A stretch of DNA of 64,000 nucleotides from Octopus sinensis. Its lineage: Eukaryota. Positions 62,798 through 64,000 of the stretch are shown piece by piece; position 1 is the first letter of the stretch; the number at the start of each line of letters is the position of its first letter. A model generated the notes under the pieces. That model did not search any database. It was not told the origin of the DNA and worked only from the letters and a program-made list of their open reading frames with translations. The stretch lies in the NCBI RefSeq assembly GCF_006345805.1, contig NC_043003.1:1-64000 (forward strand), read 5' to 3'. Position numbers and translations under genes: made by a program.

Positions 62798-64000
62798 CAT
62801 GTATTGGTAGATTGATTAAAAAGACAGGTTTTTCCATCTGTCATTAATAGAAAATTGTTTAAATTACTGGACAATCTGTTTTAGTTTTATTTCTGGTTGC
62901 CAGAGATTGAATTTTAGCTTGGCTAACAGTTCCAAGACACTACAGCATCTTACTGATGTTATGAAAGTATATTTCTGTATTGTATTGTTTTGTACAAATC
63001 AATAGAATTACCATATTTTCTGGCTTATAAGACATGCTCTCACATAAGACGCACCCCTAATTTACAAGTATATTTTTTAGAGAAAACCCCAAATTTAGTG
63101 TTTGATCATACACCCATGCACTCAGTATAGCATCTGTAATACGGTTGCATTAGATGCATAGCAATTTTTTGCTACATTTAAGAATTTAAAAAAATGCATC
63201 ATTTTATATACCCGCATATATGGTAATTCTGTCTTCTGGTATTTCTTTAGTGAATCCAAAATTTGAGTGATATTTTTTTCTCCAAGATGTTCATGATTTC
63301 TCTTCACATTTAATTACCATTCATTAGTGCCCCCCTCTCCCCACACACAACAAGAGAGAGAAAACCTCTGTGGTTTTTCAGCCTGTTGGAAATAGCAACC
63401 AAATCTTCATTTTACACTCATCCATTTTGAAAAAAGTGGTTCATACTGGGTAATATAGTCCTAGAATACACAATATTTGACAGAATGATGGGATGGTCAT
63501 GATTGGTGTGCCCTTGCTCAGGGATATCCTAGAATTAAGCAGCAAGCATCAAATCTTCCTACATGTTAAAATTATTCCAGCTGCCTCTCTCTTCTCTCTC
63601 TCTCTCCTCATCCTTCCTCTATTTTATTACTCAAAATAGCTGCTTCTCACAGTGCAGTTGAAGATTGGTTATGGTCTTAAGACCCTTTGGTTTCTAACCT
63701 GAGATTTCCTATCTTGTAGACATTATTTCATGCTTAATATTTATTATTATTATTATTATTGAAGGTGGCGAGCTGGCAGACTCATTAGCACACCAGGCGA
63801 AACACTTAGTGGTATTTCATCTGCTGCTATGTTCTGAGTTCAAATTCTGCCGAGGTTGACTTTGCTTTTCATCCTTTCAGGGTTGATAAATCAAGTACCA
63901 GTCAAGTACTTGGGTCGATATGATTGACTTGCCTCCTCCCCCAAAATTTCAGGCCTTGTGCCTATAGTAGAAAGGATCATTATTATTATTATTATTATTA

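Noticed and set aside
55852-64000. Next SETDB1 exon (expected Tudor 2 start, KY..YAGIVAE-like)
   Set aside because: Candidate acceptors at ~58091, ~59356 and ~62026 give no matching peptide; the exon probably lies beyond the window.

Overview
Repeat-dense animal genomic DNA, not prokaryotic; the SINE, RTE-tail and microsatellite content suggests a coleoid cephalopod such as Octopus (inference). The right half holds the 5' part of a + strand SETDB1/eggless-like H3K9 methyltransferase gene: seven GT-AG exons from 41892 to 55851 that splice in frame and end in the first Tudor domain. A short candidate first coding exon of an unidentified - strand gene lies at 10527-10571. The rest is transposon-derived: decayed RTE LINEs with a PHD-like finger inside the RT region, a CR1/L2-type LINE fragment, an internally deleted Gypsy LTR element (232-bp LTRs, ATCGC target duplication, tRNA-Leu-like PBS, 15x81-bp coding minisatellite), several non-autonomous Helitrons (one a precise head-to-tail tetramer), piggyBac/hAT MITEs and tRNA-derived SINEs. 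The most interesting signal is a set of minimal type-I hammerhead-ribozyme motifs from several families. One family joins a tRNA-like Pol III head to the hammerhead, lies downstream of a Penelope GIY-YIG endonuclease remnant, and also occurs on its own as inverted pairs. All calls were made by eye; no database search or folding was run, and TE boundaries are approximate unless termini are quoted.
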